Notes: generated from the letters alone by a model not told the origin. A stretch of DNA of 63,387 bases, filler included, from Candidatus Tectimicrobiota bacterium (GCA_016193065.1; 9 parts of 9 records of this genome joined end to end with filler, not necessarily neighbours in it); one strand, 5' to 3'; shown: positions 41,708-53,266, counted from the whole stretch's first letter. A program made the numbers and translations.

Positions 41708-42139
41708 CGGTACCACTACCCTCCAGGCGCATGAAGCGCTACCGCAAGAGACGCAACTGAAAGCAGGTCGGCCCGAAACGGGCAAGGGCTCGACCGTCTT
41801 GCACGTTTTGCGCAGGAAGGCTTCATCCTGAACCGATGCTTTCGGATCACGGACCGTGTCTTTGACCAGGACGCGGAGAATGGGGCTGCTGTCAGTGTCG
41901 TCGACGAGCTGCACGGCCTGGATCAGCCCCGCAATGTGGAACTCGGTGGGCCTTAGCGGAACGACACGAAGAGTGGCGGGATGCGCGAAGGAAAACGCGA
42001 ACGTCGGGTCGCGGTACGTGACCCAGGCGATTGATGGTTCAGGGGGGCCCGCATGCTGCGCGGCCGCAGGGGCTGGCAAGAGCGGGGTGATGGTAGCGAA
42101 CGCTAGGAAGACGAAGAGGGGACACATAACCAACTTCAT
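41708..42139 (-). CDS. Secreted hypothetical protein (3' partial)
   Basis: Signal-peptide-like MKLVMCPLFVFLAFATITPLLPAPAAAQ, then WVTYRDPTFAFSFAHP. Confidence 0.6.
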
Positions 42140-42145
42140 GTTCTG

Positions 42146-42310
42146 CCGCGGGGCCCGGGGCATCGCCACCTGCAACACCGGGCGGAGGAGATCATCTTCC
42201 AGTGGATACGGCTTCATCTTGTTCCTGCTCAAACCCCCGCCCCTGAAGAATCCAGAACGCTCCCCTGAGAAATCAGGAGGTTACGTCGCAAAAGGTGTCC
42301 GGTACCTTTC
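42146..42310 (-). mobile_element. ~165-bp REP + RAYT-start repeat, copy 1
   Basis: Palindrome AAAGGTGTCCGGTACCTTT (42291-42309) plus a conserved block ending in ATG CCC CGG GCC CCG CGG (MPRAPR). Confidence 0.75.
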
Positions 42311-42334
42311 TCGGGCACTTCCTTCATCGAAAGC

Positions 42335-42424
42335 GTCTAACGACCATCCATCCCCTGCCGCCCGAAGAGAAAAGCTGAGGGCGCTCAGGCGCATGGCCGG
42401 GTCAGGCTGAGGCGTTTGTCAACG
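42335..42424 (-). mobile_element. Degenerate attC site
   Basis: Minus strand: CGTTGAC just after the upstream stop, through to GTTAGAC; 90 bp, imperfect hairpin. Confidence 0.55.
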
Positions 42425-42429
42425 GCCCC

Positions 42430-42816
42430 TCACCAGCGAAGGCGGATCAGTCGCTCCTGGCCGGCCTGCCAAAATGCTACATTATCGGCGGAAACCCTTA
42501 GCACCTTGCCCTGGCGTTTGGCCCTGGTTTTGAACGCCGAGTGCCGCAGCAGCCCGCGGATATAGAGGGCTGTTTTCAGCACAGGGACGGCTAATACCAC
42601 GAGGCAGTAGTTCCTGTGGCAGAGCCGGCGACGAAAGAAGCCCAGGTCACGGGTGAAGAAGGTCACTTGCTTTGCTGTTTGCAAATAGCGAAGGATCTCC
42701 TGTTGGTCGTCCCACTCCGGCCGCCCCACCTCAAAGCCGATCTGGCGGAAATGAACCCGCCAGCGGCGGAGTTGTTCAGCTTGATCCTCGGGGATATTGT
42801 GGTCCAGAATGATCAC
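42430..42816 (-). CDS. DUF5615-like PIN-fold toxin
   Basis: MIILDHNIP...DDQQEIL...FFTRDLGF; ATGA-coupled to the DUF433 gene. Confidence 0.75.
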   Translation of the reverse strand: MIILDHNIPEDQAEQLRRWRVHFRQIGFEVGRPEWDDQQEILRYLQTAKQVTFFTRDLGFFRRRLCHRNYCLVVLAVPVLKTALYIRGLLRHSAFKTRAKRQGKVLRVSADNVAFWQAGQERLIRLRW

Positions 42817-43061
42817 GCGGCAGTCTTGGTCCTGGTGAGGACTTCTCTCACCACCCCCCGGCGAGTAAGTAACACCGCCTCACGCACCGCCGCCGGGCTA
42901 ATGAGGCCACGATATTGGCGGGCTATTCCTTCGGGGGTATAGCCTGCCTGCGTCAGTTCGAGCACATCCGAGACGAGAATCCGGCTGCCCTTGAAGATCA
43001 ACCGCCCCCCGCCGACGTGCGTATCTGCAACCAAATGCTTGCCAATCTCAATCCGTGCCAT
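42813..43061 (-). CDS. DUF433 antitoxin
   Basis: DTHVGGGRLIFKGSRILVSDVLELTQAGYTPEGIARQY. Confidence 0.85.
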   Translation of the reverse strand: MARIEIGKHLVADTHVGGGRLIFKGSRILVSDVLELTQAGYTPEGIARQYRGLISPAAVREAVLLTRRGVVREVLTRTKTAA

Positions 43062-43113
43062 AAGACCCCTCCTTCACTCCCGGAGTGTATCTCAAAGGAA
43101 GGACTTGATCAAA

Positions 43114-43302
43114 GCCTAACGGGGCGGCTGAGCCGCAGCGCCGGGCCCGGAGCATGGCCACCGGCAGGATAGGGCGGAGGAGATCCTCCGCCAACGGACA
43201 CGGCTTCATCTTGTTCCTGCTCAACCCCCCGCCCCCGGAGAATTCAGAACGCTCCCCGGCGAAATCACGCAGTTACGTCCCGAAAGGTGTCCGGTACCTT
43301 TC
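43114..43302 (-). mobile_element. REP + RAYT-start repeat copy 2 (43140-43302) fused to half attC (43114-43139)
   Basis: Palindrome 43283-43301; the block ends MLRARR and runs straight into CTGCGGCTCAGCCGCCCC-GTTAGGC. Confidence 0.75.
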
Positions 43303-43363
43303 TCCATGCGTCAACGAAGTCCCCATCCCAGTTCTGACCCCCCTCATCCTATGAAGGGCATGC

Positions 43364-45277
43364 TTAAGAGTTACCCCCGCGTGGGAGAGGCTGCAGGGCC
43401 CCCAGGAATCTTGCGCAGAGTCCGGCAGCAGAGAATGACTGTCGCACCTCCTCGATATTTTGCCTGGAGCATTCGCCCGAGTGCGCGGCAGGATTTCTGA
43501 GCCTCGTGTACAGGGATCGCACCTCTGGCAGAATACTGATCAGGGTCTCGGGATCGCTGACGTTCTGTGCCAACATTTTCCAGTGCGAGCCACCCAATGC
43601 CCCCTTTCGCGCTGCTTCTAAAAAGTCAAAGAATTGTGGCAAGGGCGGGCGCCTATCTGCTGGGAAGAACATTCCCCACCGTCGGCGAACCCTTTCGGAT
43701 ACCTCGTTTTCGAGGGCGTTGAAATACAGAATCGCCACCGACCCCCAGTGCGGGATATCGGCCATGTGTCCAAACTGATAGAAGAAGTCAGCCTGAGCCA
43801 GAAATGTCTGAGTCTTTACATGGAGCCGGAACCACAAATCGGGGCCAGTAAGCTGCATCATGGACTCTCGGTGGTGAGGTTCGGCTTCCTCGAAGCTCAG
43901 CGGTACCCGGCGTCGGCGCGCCTCGGCCTCGATGCGCAGGACAGCCTCTTTCAGGTCGAGATCAAATTGCTGGCAGAATCCTCCCGGCTGCCCCTCCCCC
44001 ATCATGAGCTGCCGCATACGCAGGAGGAAGGTGCGAATTTCCTCAAAATTGCCAAGCTCGGCTACAGACCGCACAAGCTGTCTCCACCGAATGCGGAGAG
44101 GATCTAGGGCAGCAAACTCGACACCGGGACGGGCATGGAGCCAGAGGTGTAGCGTGCGGGCCGCAATCGCCCAGATGAAAGCCCGTTGTGCCCGGAGCGG
44201 GGACCCGTCCACGACCGCCCGCTCAGCAGCGAGAAGCCAGGACTCCACGGCAAGGGGGAGATCCCAGACATCCACAGCGATGACCTTTTCCGCATACCCC
44301 CAGAGGTATTCAAACGGGCACGATTCAGCCTCGTCCAGAATGGAACAAAAATATTCCCCTGCCCACTTGGCAAGTTCTTGGTCGTACGCGCCCCGGGCAT
44401 GCAATTCCTCGAACACTTCTGCAGCGACATCGACCTCCTCCTGAGTCGATGGATCTGTCAGAGTTATCCTCGGCCTTTCGTCTGCAGGCACATCTAGGAT
44501 GTAATCGCCAATTGAAGACCTGTGAAAGGCTCGCACCACCTCGGGTGCCGGCTGAGTCCTGATTGCCCGAAGGATCTCCTCGCGCACATCGCGCAGCCTT
44601 TCTTCTTGGTGAGCGTACACATCCAGCGCGTCGAGAAGGATCGCGAGGTCCAGGGGGTCTTGCCGGAGGCGGGCCTCGAGCTTGAGTCGCCTCTCCTCTT
44701 CTTTCAGTTGGTTCGCAAGTTGACGGAGCTCCTTCCCATGAGAGGCTCTCTTATCCATAGTGTNNNNNNNNNNNNNGCTGGAGATAACTGCCACCGCCAG
44801 TCTTGCTGCCTGCCGGAGGACAATCTCGGTATCGGCATCGGTAGATCGTATGGGAGGCGACACTTCGGTTTCCGGCTCGCGATGGGGCGGTTCTGGTCGG
44901 ATCGGATAAGGATAGTCGAGTGCGCCCGGCACACTGTCTTGCACCAAGGTCTCAAGGCACTTGAGTAACGCGTCAGAGAATTTCCAAGGAGGGCTCTGAA
45001 CAAAACTCTGCGCTAATCCCTCGTATGCGTGGCCGACCCGATCTCCCTCTGGGACCTCGAACACAGCCTCGGCCACAGCCCAGGTAAGGGGACGCTCTGC
45101 AAAGAAAACCGCCAGCTCCTCACAAATGGTCAGAGCCTCGGCATCGGTTCGCGGCTGCGCCGGGACGGTCAGGCGAAGGAACAGATCTTCAGGGATCGGC
45201 TCGTTGAGGCGCAGGTAATCGAGCCCTTCGCGCCATTCGTCGGGAAGGAGCTGATTGCGTTCCGTTTGGCTAACCAT
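43364..45277 (-). CDS. Large helical hypothetical protein with probable C-terminal HEPN domain (spans small N gap)
   Basis: 637-aa ORF; C-terminal YFNALENEV...RLRNPAAHSG (RxxxxH). Confidence 0.65.
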   Translation of the reverse strand: MVSQTERNQLLPDEWREGLDYLRLNEPIPEDLFLRLTVPAQPRTDAEALTICEELAVFFAERPLTWAVAEAVFEVPEGDRVGHAYEGLAQSFVQSPPWKFSDALLKCLETLVQDSVPGALDYPYPIRPEPPHREPETEVSPPIRSTDADTEIVLRQAARLAVAVISSXXXXXTMDKRASHGKELRQLANQLKEEERRLKLEARLRQDPLDLAILLDALDVYAHQEERLRDVREEILRAIRTQPAPEVVRAFHRSSIGDYILDVPADERPRITLTDPSTQEEVDVAAEVFEELHARGAYDQELAKWAGEYFCSILDEAESCPFEYLWGYAEKVIAVDVWDLPLAVESWLLAAERAVVDGSPLRAQRAFIWAIAARTLHLWLHARPGVEFAALDPLRIRWRQLVRSVAELGNFEEIRTFLLRMRQLMMGEGQPGGFCQQFDLDLKEAVLRIEAEARRRRVPLSFEEAEPHHRESMMQLTGPDLWFRLHVKTQTFLAQADFFYQFGHMADIPHWGSVAILYFNALENEVSERVRRRWGMFFPADRRPPLPQFFDFLEAARKGALGGSHWKMLAQNVSDPETLISILPEVRSLYTRLRNPAAHSGECSRQNIEEVRQSFSAAGLCARFLGALQPLPRGGNS

Positions 45278-45288
45278 GGGAGATCCTG

Positions 45289-45597
45289 AAAAGGTACCGG
45301 ACAGCTTTTATCCTCCCAGTGCTTGAATTTGCGGAGGCACGGAGAGAATTCTTCGACCCCCTCGTGGGGGGAGAGAGCGGGGGAGAAACGCGGGCTCCCC
45401 ACGGCGCGTTGGGTGGTCCAGCGGGGATCCCGGGCGTCGGGCCGGGGCATCGCCACCCGCAACACCGGGCGGAGGAAGTCATCCGCCAGCGGATACGGCT
45501 TCATCTTGTGCTTGCGCAACCTCCCGCCCCTGGAGAATCCAGAACGCTCCCCTGAGAAACCACATAGTCAGGTCGCAAAAGGTGTCCGGTACCTTTC
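45289..45597 (-). mobile_element. Repeat copy 3: REP-bounded, internally deleted RAYT-like element
   Basis: Inverted palindromes at 45289-45309 and 45578-45596; interior encodes MPRP joined to DARDPRWTTQRAVGSPRF. Confidence 0.65.
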
Positions 45598-45717
45598 TTT
45601 TCACAGCAAGGGGCAGGGTTTCATGCGATCTCCACCTCGGACACTGCTTCCGCAGAATTGAGACGCCACGCCAAGGACATCAAGCAGTTATCTGGCGATT
45701 GGCAAATCTAAAGTGTG

Positions 45718-46971
45718 TCAGGGCACGATATTAATGGAATCTTCGCCGCGGAGAGCTTCGCCGCTGAGGGTCTTTGCTTCCAGCACAGCAATCGAGTCGC
45801 CAGGCTCGATCATGAATTGGGCCGTCACAACGTTGCAGACCAGGTCAAGCAGCCCATCTTCATTTACGTCCTGGGCGCTACAGGCGAAGTTATCGCCTTT
45901 TCCAATCAATTTCACCGTTGCCCCGGCAAGCGCCACAGTTGCCGGATCCACGTGGGTTGCATCAAATGTGGCACTGCTCAGAATCGCCACCGGTACTACC
46001 CCTGCCGAGCTGAGGTTGATGCTGTTCGGGAAGCTGCCAGGCTTGATGTCAATGAGGACCTGGATTATCGCCTGGACCTTGCGGATGCGCTGGTTGTACT
46101 GGTCGGCGACGAAGAGATTCCCGCTCGAATCGAAGGCGATACCCACGGGGTTGCTAAGCTGCGCGCTCGCCGCGGCACCCCCGTCGCCGGAGAAGCCCGG
46201 GGTTCCTGTCCCGGCCATCGTGGTGATGATCCCCGTCCCGGCGGCCACCTTGCGGATTCGCTGGTTACTCTTGTCAGCGAGGAAGAGGTTCCCGTTCGGG
46301 TCAACTGCGAGCCCGCTCGGATAGAAGAGCTGCGCGCTCGTCGCGGCGCCCCCGTCGCCCGCGAAGCCCGGGGTTCCTGTCCCGGCCACCGTGGTGATGA
46401 TCCCCGTCCCGGCGGCCACCTTGCGGATCCGCCCGTTGCTCGAGTCGCCGATGAAGAGGTTCCCGGTCCCATCCACTGCGACGCCGAACGGGTTATCGAG
46501 CTGTGCGCTCGTCGCCGGCTGGTTGTCGCCATTGAAGCCGGGTGTCCCCGTCCCGGCCACTGTGGTGATGATCCCCGTCGCGAGGTCGACTTTGAGGATG
46601 CGGTGGTTTCCCATGTCGGGGATGAAGAGGTTGCCGCTAGTGTCAATGGTGATCAACCCAGGGTCGCTGAGCTGCCCCGGCGACCTTGCGGATCCGCCGG
46701 TTGGTGTAGTCGGCGATGAAGAGGTTTCCGCTCCCGTCAATAGCGACGCCGACCGGGTGCCAGAGGAGCGCGCTTGTCGCGGGGCCCCCGTCCCCTCCGA
46801 ACCCCCCCGCGAACTGCTCGGCCGGGCCGCTCCCGGCCACCGTCGTGATGATCTCCATGCCACTGATGCCCGAGGCAGAGGCGGGCTCTACCCACCCTGA
46901 GCTAAGGGGTCCGATTGGGCCCAAGACCACGACCGCTGCGAGAACCACCAGCAACTTGCTTATGCGTTTCA
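45718..46971 (-). CDS. Secreted NHL-repeat protein, frameshift or deletion near 46675
   Basis: Signal peptide MKRISKLLVVLAAVVVLG; repeated GIITTVAGTGTPGF.GDGG.ATSAQL..P.GVAVD..GNLFIAD; C-terminal IDIKPGSFPNSIN...DVNEDGLLDL domain. Confidence 0.9.
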
Positions 46972-47006
46972 TGGCACTCTCCCTCCTCTCCATCCTGGGT
47001 CATGGC

Positions 47007-47198
47007 AGATAACCGGGAGGCGGCTGAGCCGCATGCGCAGGGGCCGGGGCATGGCCGCCCGCAACACCGGGCGCAGAAGATCATCCGCCAGAGGATACGG
47101 CTTCATCTTGTTCCTGCTCAACCCCCCGCCCTCCTAAAATCCCCAACGCTCCCCTGAGAAATTAGGGAGTTACGTCGCAGAAGGTGTCCGGTAACTCT
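47007..47198 (-). mobile_element. REP + RAYT-start repeat copy 4 (47035-47198) fused to half attC (47007-47033)
   Basis: Degenerate palindrome 47180-47198; the block ends MPRPLR, then TGCGGCTCAGCCGCCTCCCG-GTTATCT. Confidence 0.72.
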
Positions 47199-47216
47199 CG
47201 CAGTACGAAGGCGATG

Positions 47217-47537
47217 CTAGACGCCTTTCCATCCTCTCCGCCGGGCCTCGCGCAGCAAGGCGGTAAGATCGTGTGGTGGAATGAACAACGAATACTGCCC
47301 GAAAACCCACCGCCCACGAGCCTTGGGCTTTCGACCGAGCATGTAGTAGGTGAAGCGGTACTCGGTTCTTCCGTCCTCGGTAAAGCGCATGCGCTGTAGA
47401 TAAATGAGCTTTGGGTTCCGTGAACCCTGCTGACGTCGCACGATCTCGTCGTCGATGGTGTACTGGACTTGCCGACCATCGATGGACGTGTGGGTGCGCA
47501 CCTTTCCAATGTTGTTGGGAAAAGGTGGGAGGCTCAT
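47217..47537 (-). CDS. Hypothetical cassette protein (106 aa)
   Basis: ATG 8 nt after attC core GTTAGAG; the stop overlaps an inverse-core-like GTCTAGC. Confidence 0.7.
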   Translation of the reverse strand: MSLPPFPNNIGKVRTHTSIDGRQVQYTIDDEIVRRQQGSRNPKLIYLQRMRFTEDGRTEYRFTYYMLGRKPKARGRWVFGQYSLFIPPHDLTALLREARRRGWKGV

Positions 47538-47545
47538 TTCAAGGC

Positions 47546-47638
47546 CTCTAACGCTCCGCATAACCCGCGGCAGGCCGGCTCCGAGGTAATTCTTGCGTGG
47601 CCGCGCCGCCTACGGCCCGGTTCATGCGGTAGTTAGCC
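47546..47638 (-). mobile_element. attC site (integron cassette recombination site)
   Basis: Minus strand R'' GGCTAAC, 5 nt, L'' CATGAACC ... L' GGTTATG, R' GTTAGAG. The extrahelical base is on the R''-L'' arm, and the site sits between a stop and a start of co-oriented ORFs. Confidence 0.85.
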
Positions 47639-47642
47639 AGCA

Positions 47643-48116
47643 TCAGTGAGTATCGAAATCGTTGTACCTGGCGCGTGATGCCATGGCAACGTAGATCTCC
47701 AACAGGGCCTGCCGCACGGGATCAGCCTCCTGGACAAAGCGAAGCTCCATGTCGGCGATGCGCTCCTTCTCGCGTTGGAATACTTCCTGAAAGTTGGGAT
47801 CCTTCTCTAGAGCGATGCGCGAGCCCTCCTGCGAGTAGGTAGCCTCCGCCTTGCCAGTCAATTCACGGGCGATTCGGAACGCGAACGGCGCCGTGTTGTG
47901 CCCCGAGCTTCGCCTACAGTGCTCTTGCAGCCTCTGGCGCATTCGGTTGCTGCGACCCACGTACCATGCCGTGCGCTCGTTCGAGAAGAGATAGACCCCA
48001 GCCTGCGGTACGTCTTCTGGCAAGGACCGTACGGTGACAGGTGACATCGTCTGGAGGCGCTGATAGGCTGGTTCGAGTGTCTCGATGTGCCTGCGAAAGT
48101 CTTCGTTCATAACCAC
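47643..48116 (-). CDS. GIY-YIG nuclease family protein (cassette)
   Basis: AGVYLFS...WYVGRSNRMRQRLQEH...LLEIYVA...YNDFDTH. Confidence 0.85.
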   Translation of the reverse strand: MVMNEDFRRHIETLEPAYQRLQTMSPVTVRSLPEDVPQAGVYLFSNERTAWYVGRSNRMRQRLQEHCRRSSGHNTAPFAFRIARELTGKAEATYSQEGSRIALEKDPNFQEVFQREKERIADMELRFVQEADPVRQALLEIYVAMASRARYNDFDTH

Positions 48117-48123
48117 CCTGTCT

Positions 48124-48151
48124 GGCTAACGGGGCGGCGGCTGAGCCGCAG
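48124..48151 (-). mobile_element. attC 3' arm cut by contig end
   Basis: CTGCGGCTCAGCCGCCGCCCC-GTTAGCC, same arm as 43114-43139. Confidence 0.7.
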
Positions 48152-48251
48152 NNNNNNNNNNNNNNNNNNNNNNNNNNNNNNNNNNNNNNNNNNNNTTAAT
48201 TAATTAANNNNNNNNNNNNNNNNNNNNNNNNNNNNNNNNNNNNNNNNNNNN

Positions 48252-48403
48252 ATCCTTTGAGGGCCGCGGATGCTCTGCAACTGGCGGCGGCTCTGGTTTG
48301 GACCCGTGGTTATGCCGCCGGTCAACATTTTGTTTGCCTGGATCAAAGGTTACGGGAGGCTGCACATCTTGAGGGCTTTCTGCTCTTGCCGGATACCCCG
48401 TAG
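48252..48403 (+). CDS. vapC: VapC/PIN toxin C-terminus (5' partial)
   Basis: PLRAADALQLAAALVW...FVCLDQRLREAAHLEGF*; not in the ORF track. Confidence 0.8.
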
Positions 48404-48502
48404 GAGCCTCCAACCCCATCCGCTCCATGCTTCTTCCGCGGCCACGACATCGCAGCAGGGGACTTGGGCAAGAAATGGATGAGCATCGCATCCGGCAATT
48501 GG

Positions 48503-48630
48503 AGGGGCAGACCGCAGCATGAGGATCCTCTATCCGGTCGGCGAGGTCTTCCCAAACCCCACGGCCCGCTCGATCCAGATCCTGAACACCGGCGCCGCGC
48601 TGGCCCGGGGAGAGAATCATGTGTTCCTGC
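48503..48630 (+). pseudogene. Diverged duplicate of the 5' end of the downstream glycosyltransferase gene
   Basis: agaccgcagcATGAGGATCCTCTATCCGGTCGGCGAGGTCTTCCC... recurs 1037 bp later (49540-49667). Confidence 0.85.
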
Positions 48631-48800
48631 CGCGGTGCGGCTAACGAGCCGGTTGAGAGTCCCGGTTTGCCTCCGGCAACGTGTTTCGGCGTTTCCTGGA
48701 AAATTGCAAGGTCGTCGTTGTGGTCATGGAAAAGCGGCTCGCGGAATTCAGAAGGTCGGGACTTGCCAGGCAGCTCGTCGAGGTGAGGCCGTCCGGCAGG

Positions 48801-48848
48801 TTGACAAGGCAACAGGGAGGGTGCTAATATGAATCTGACTAGTCTGAC
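48801..48848 (+). promoter_or_regulatory. TA promoter and operator
   Basis: TTGACA-N18-TAATAT followed by the near-palindrome TCTGACTAGTCTGAC. Confidence 0.55.
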
Positions 48849-48865
48849 CAAATACGGAGGGTTCT

Positions 48866-49117
48866 ATGAGCACTTGGCAGCTTCAGGAAGCAAAGGCCCG
48901 TTTGAGTGAGGTTATCAAGAAGGCCACGAAGGAAGGGCCACAGAGTATCACTGTGCACGGGGAACCGCGCGCCGTCGTGGTTTCGAATAAGGAGTATGAA
49001 CGACTTAAGCATCCCCGGGGGAGCTTCGTGAAATTCATGCGCCGCTCGCCGCTTTACGGTGTAGAGCTGAATCTCAAGCGTGAGCAGACGCTCACTCGCG
49101 AGGCCCATGTCGCATGA
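48866..49117 (+). CDS. Phd/YefM antitoxin
   Basis: WQLQEAKARLSEVIKKA..EGPQSITVHGEPRAVVVS. Confidence 0.92.
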   Translation: MSTWQLQEAKARLSEVIKKATKEGPQSITVHGEPRAVVVSNKEYERLKHPRGSFVKFMRRSPLYGVELNLKREQTLTREAHVA

Positions 49118-49527
49118 GCTATCTGCTCGATACCAATGTGGTGTCGGAGACCATCCGACGTAACCCGAACAAGACGGTGACGTCATGGCTCGATCAGATC
49201 CCTGGTGAGGCGCTCTTTATAAGCGTCCTTACGTTGGGAGAGATTCGCAAAGGCATCGAGGCCTTGCCGGACAGGAAACGCCGTGAGAGGTTGCGCTTGT
49301 GGATCGATCATGAGCTTCCACGATGGTTTGAGGAGCGGGTGCTCCCGGTGGACCTCGCTGTTGCCGACCGTTGGGGGCGACTGCTTGCAGAGGTTCGCCG
49401 GCCGGTTCCCACCATCGATAGCCTTCTTGCCGCGACTGCCTTACATCACGACTTGCGGCTGGTGACACACAATGCCAGGGATTTCGATTATCCCGGTCTT
49501 GAAGTGATCAATCCGTGGTTGCTGTAG
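49114..49527 (+). CDS. vapC: VapC/PIN toxin
   Basis: YLLDTNVVSE, SVLTLGEIRKG, DSLLAATA, LVTHN..DF. Confidence 0.93.
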   Translation: MSYLLDTNVVSETIRRNPNKTVTSWLDQIPGEALFISVLTLGEIRKGIEALPDRKRRERLRLWIDHELPRWFEERVLPVDLAVADRWGRLLAEVRRPVPTIDSLLAATALHHDLRLVTHNARDFDYPGLEVINPWLL

Positions 49528-49555
49528 TAATCCCCATAGAGGGGGAGACCGCAGC

Positions 49556-50716
49556 ATGAGGATCCTCTATCCGGTCGGCGAGGTCTTCCCGAGCCCGACG
49601 GCCCGCTCGATCCAGATCATGAACACCTGCGCGGCGCTGGCCCGCAGGGGCAACCAGGTGTTCCTGCTGCTGGGAAAGAAGCGGGGGATCGACGCCGCCC
49701 GCTTGCTCGAATATTACGGGCTGCTGCCGACCCCGGGGCTTGAGATCGAGTTTCTGCCCATCCTGAGGCCCTCGGGGCAGAGGGTCTGGCGCCCGAGCTG
49801 GGGTGGCCTTTTCCTGTTCTTTTGCCGCCGGCGCCTGGTCCGGCTGCTGGCGGATTCTACCGGGAAGAAGGATACGGTCGTCTTTGTCCGCCATCTGAAG
49901 CTGGCCGTGAATCTGCGCCGGAAATACAAAAAACTGCTGGAAACCCCGCTGATTTTCGAGGCCCACGAGATTTTCTCCCACGAGAAGCCAGCGGGCTCCC
50001 GTCTGCGGACCCTGGAAGAGAGAGCCTATGGCGGGGTGGACGGCGTGGTGGCGATCACGGCCCATCTGGCCAGGATGATCGTGGAGACCTTCTCTGTGCG
50101 CGTTCCCACGGCGGTTGTGCCTGATGGAACGCGCCTCTTCACCCTCTCCCCTTTGAATTCCCAGACTCCCGCCCGGATCGTTTACTCGGGCCAGCTCTAC
50201 GAGTGGAAGGGGGTTGACTGCCTGCTGCAGGCCATGGCGGAAGTGCCGGGGGCCCGCCTGGCCATCCTGGGAGGAGGAGCCGGCGGGGCGGAGCAACTGC
50301 AAAGAAAGGCCCGGTCCCTCGGGATTGAAGATCGTCTGGATTTCCTGGGACAGGTGCCCCACCGGGAAGTGGTGAAGTCTCTGCGGGAGGCGGACGTTTT
50401 TGTTTTGCCCGCATCCGGAAGTCCCATCTCCCGTTTCTGGACGTCCCCATTGAAGCTCTTCGAATACATGGCGGCGGGGCGTCCGGTGGTGGCCTCCGAT
50501 CTACCCTCCCTGCGGGAAATCCTGCGGCACGAGGAAAATGCGCTGCTGGTGGAGCCCGGGAATCCCCGGGCGCTGGCCGCAGCCATAAACCGGATTCTGG
50601 CCGACCGCGGGTTGGCCCAGCGGCTGGCTGGGCAGGCACTTGCCGATGTGAGAGAGTATACGTGGGATGCGAGAGCGGAAAGGCTGGAAAGATTTTTCGC
50701 TGAACTCCTGACTTGA
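49556..50716 (+). CDS. GT4 family glycosyltransferase
   Basis: IFEAHE, YSGQLYEWKGVD, TSPLKLFEYMAAGRPVVASDLP, YTWDARA. Confidence 0.92.
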   Translation: MRILYPVGEVFPSPTARSIQIMNTCAALARRGNQVFLLLGKKRGIDAARLLEYYGLLPTPGLEIEFLPILRPSGQRVWRPSWGGLFLFFCRRRLVRLLADSTGKKDTVVFVRHLKLAVNLRRKYKKLLETPLIFEAHEIFSHEKPAGSRLRTLEERAYGGVDGVVAITAHLARMIVETFSVRVPTAVVPDGTRLFTLSPLNSQTPARIVYSGQLYEWKGVDCLLQAMAEVPGARLAILGGGAGGAEQLQRKARSLGIEDRLDFLGQVPHREVVKSLREADVFVLPASGSPISRFWTSPLKLFEYMAAGRPVVASDLPSLREILRHEENALLVEPGNPRALAAAINRILADRGLAQRLAGQALADVREYTWDARAERLERFFAELLT

Positions 50717-50802
50717 TTTCGTCTCCTGCCCGGTGTAAAGTAGTGGCTCATGAAACTCGTAGTTTTCCCTGGGCTGCATTGCCGAGCGATGGAGGAGGGA
50801 CC

Positions 50803-53245
<2,443 letters not shown>

Positions 53246-53266
53246 ACGAAAGCGAGAGGTGCTCCG

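Noticed and set aside
42140-42232. Shared peptide MSRNKMKPYPLxDDLLRPVL as a conserved leader protein
   Set aside because: Explained by DNA-level repeat similarity; downstream frames differ among copies and many changes are non-synonymous.
46065-46700. Tandem ~170-bp DNA repeats
   Set aside because: Ordinary NHL protein repeats.
42146-47198. The ~165-bp repeats as a second CRISPR array or as group II intron ends
   Set aside because: Too long, diverged and irregularly spaced by whole genes for CRISPR. AAGCCGTAT resembles the start of intron domain V, but the complementary arm and an RT gene are absent.
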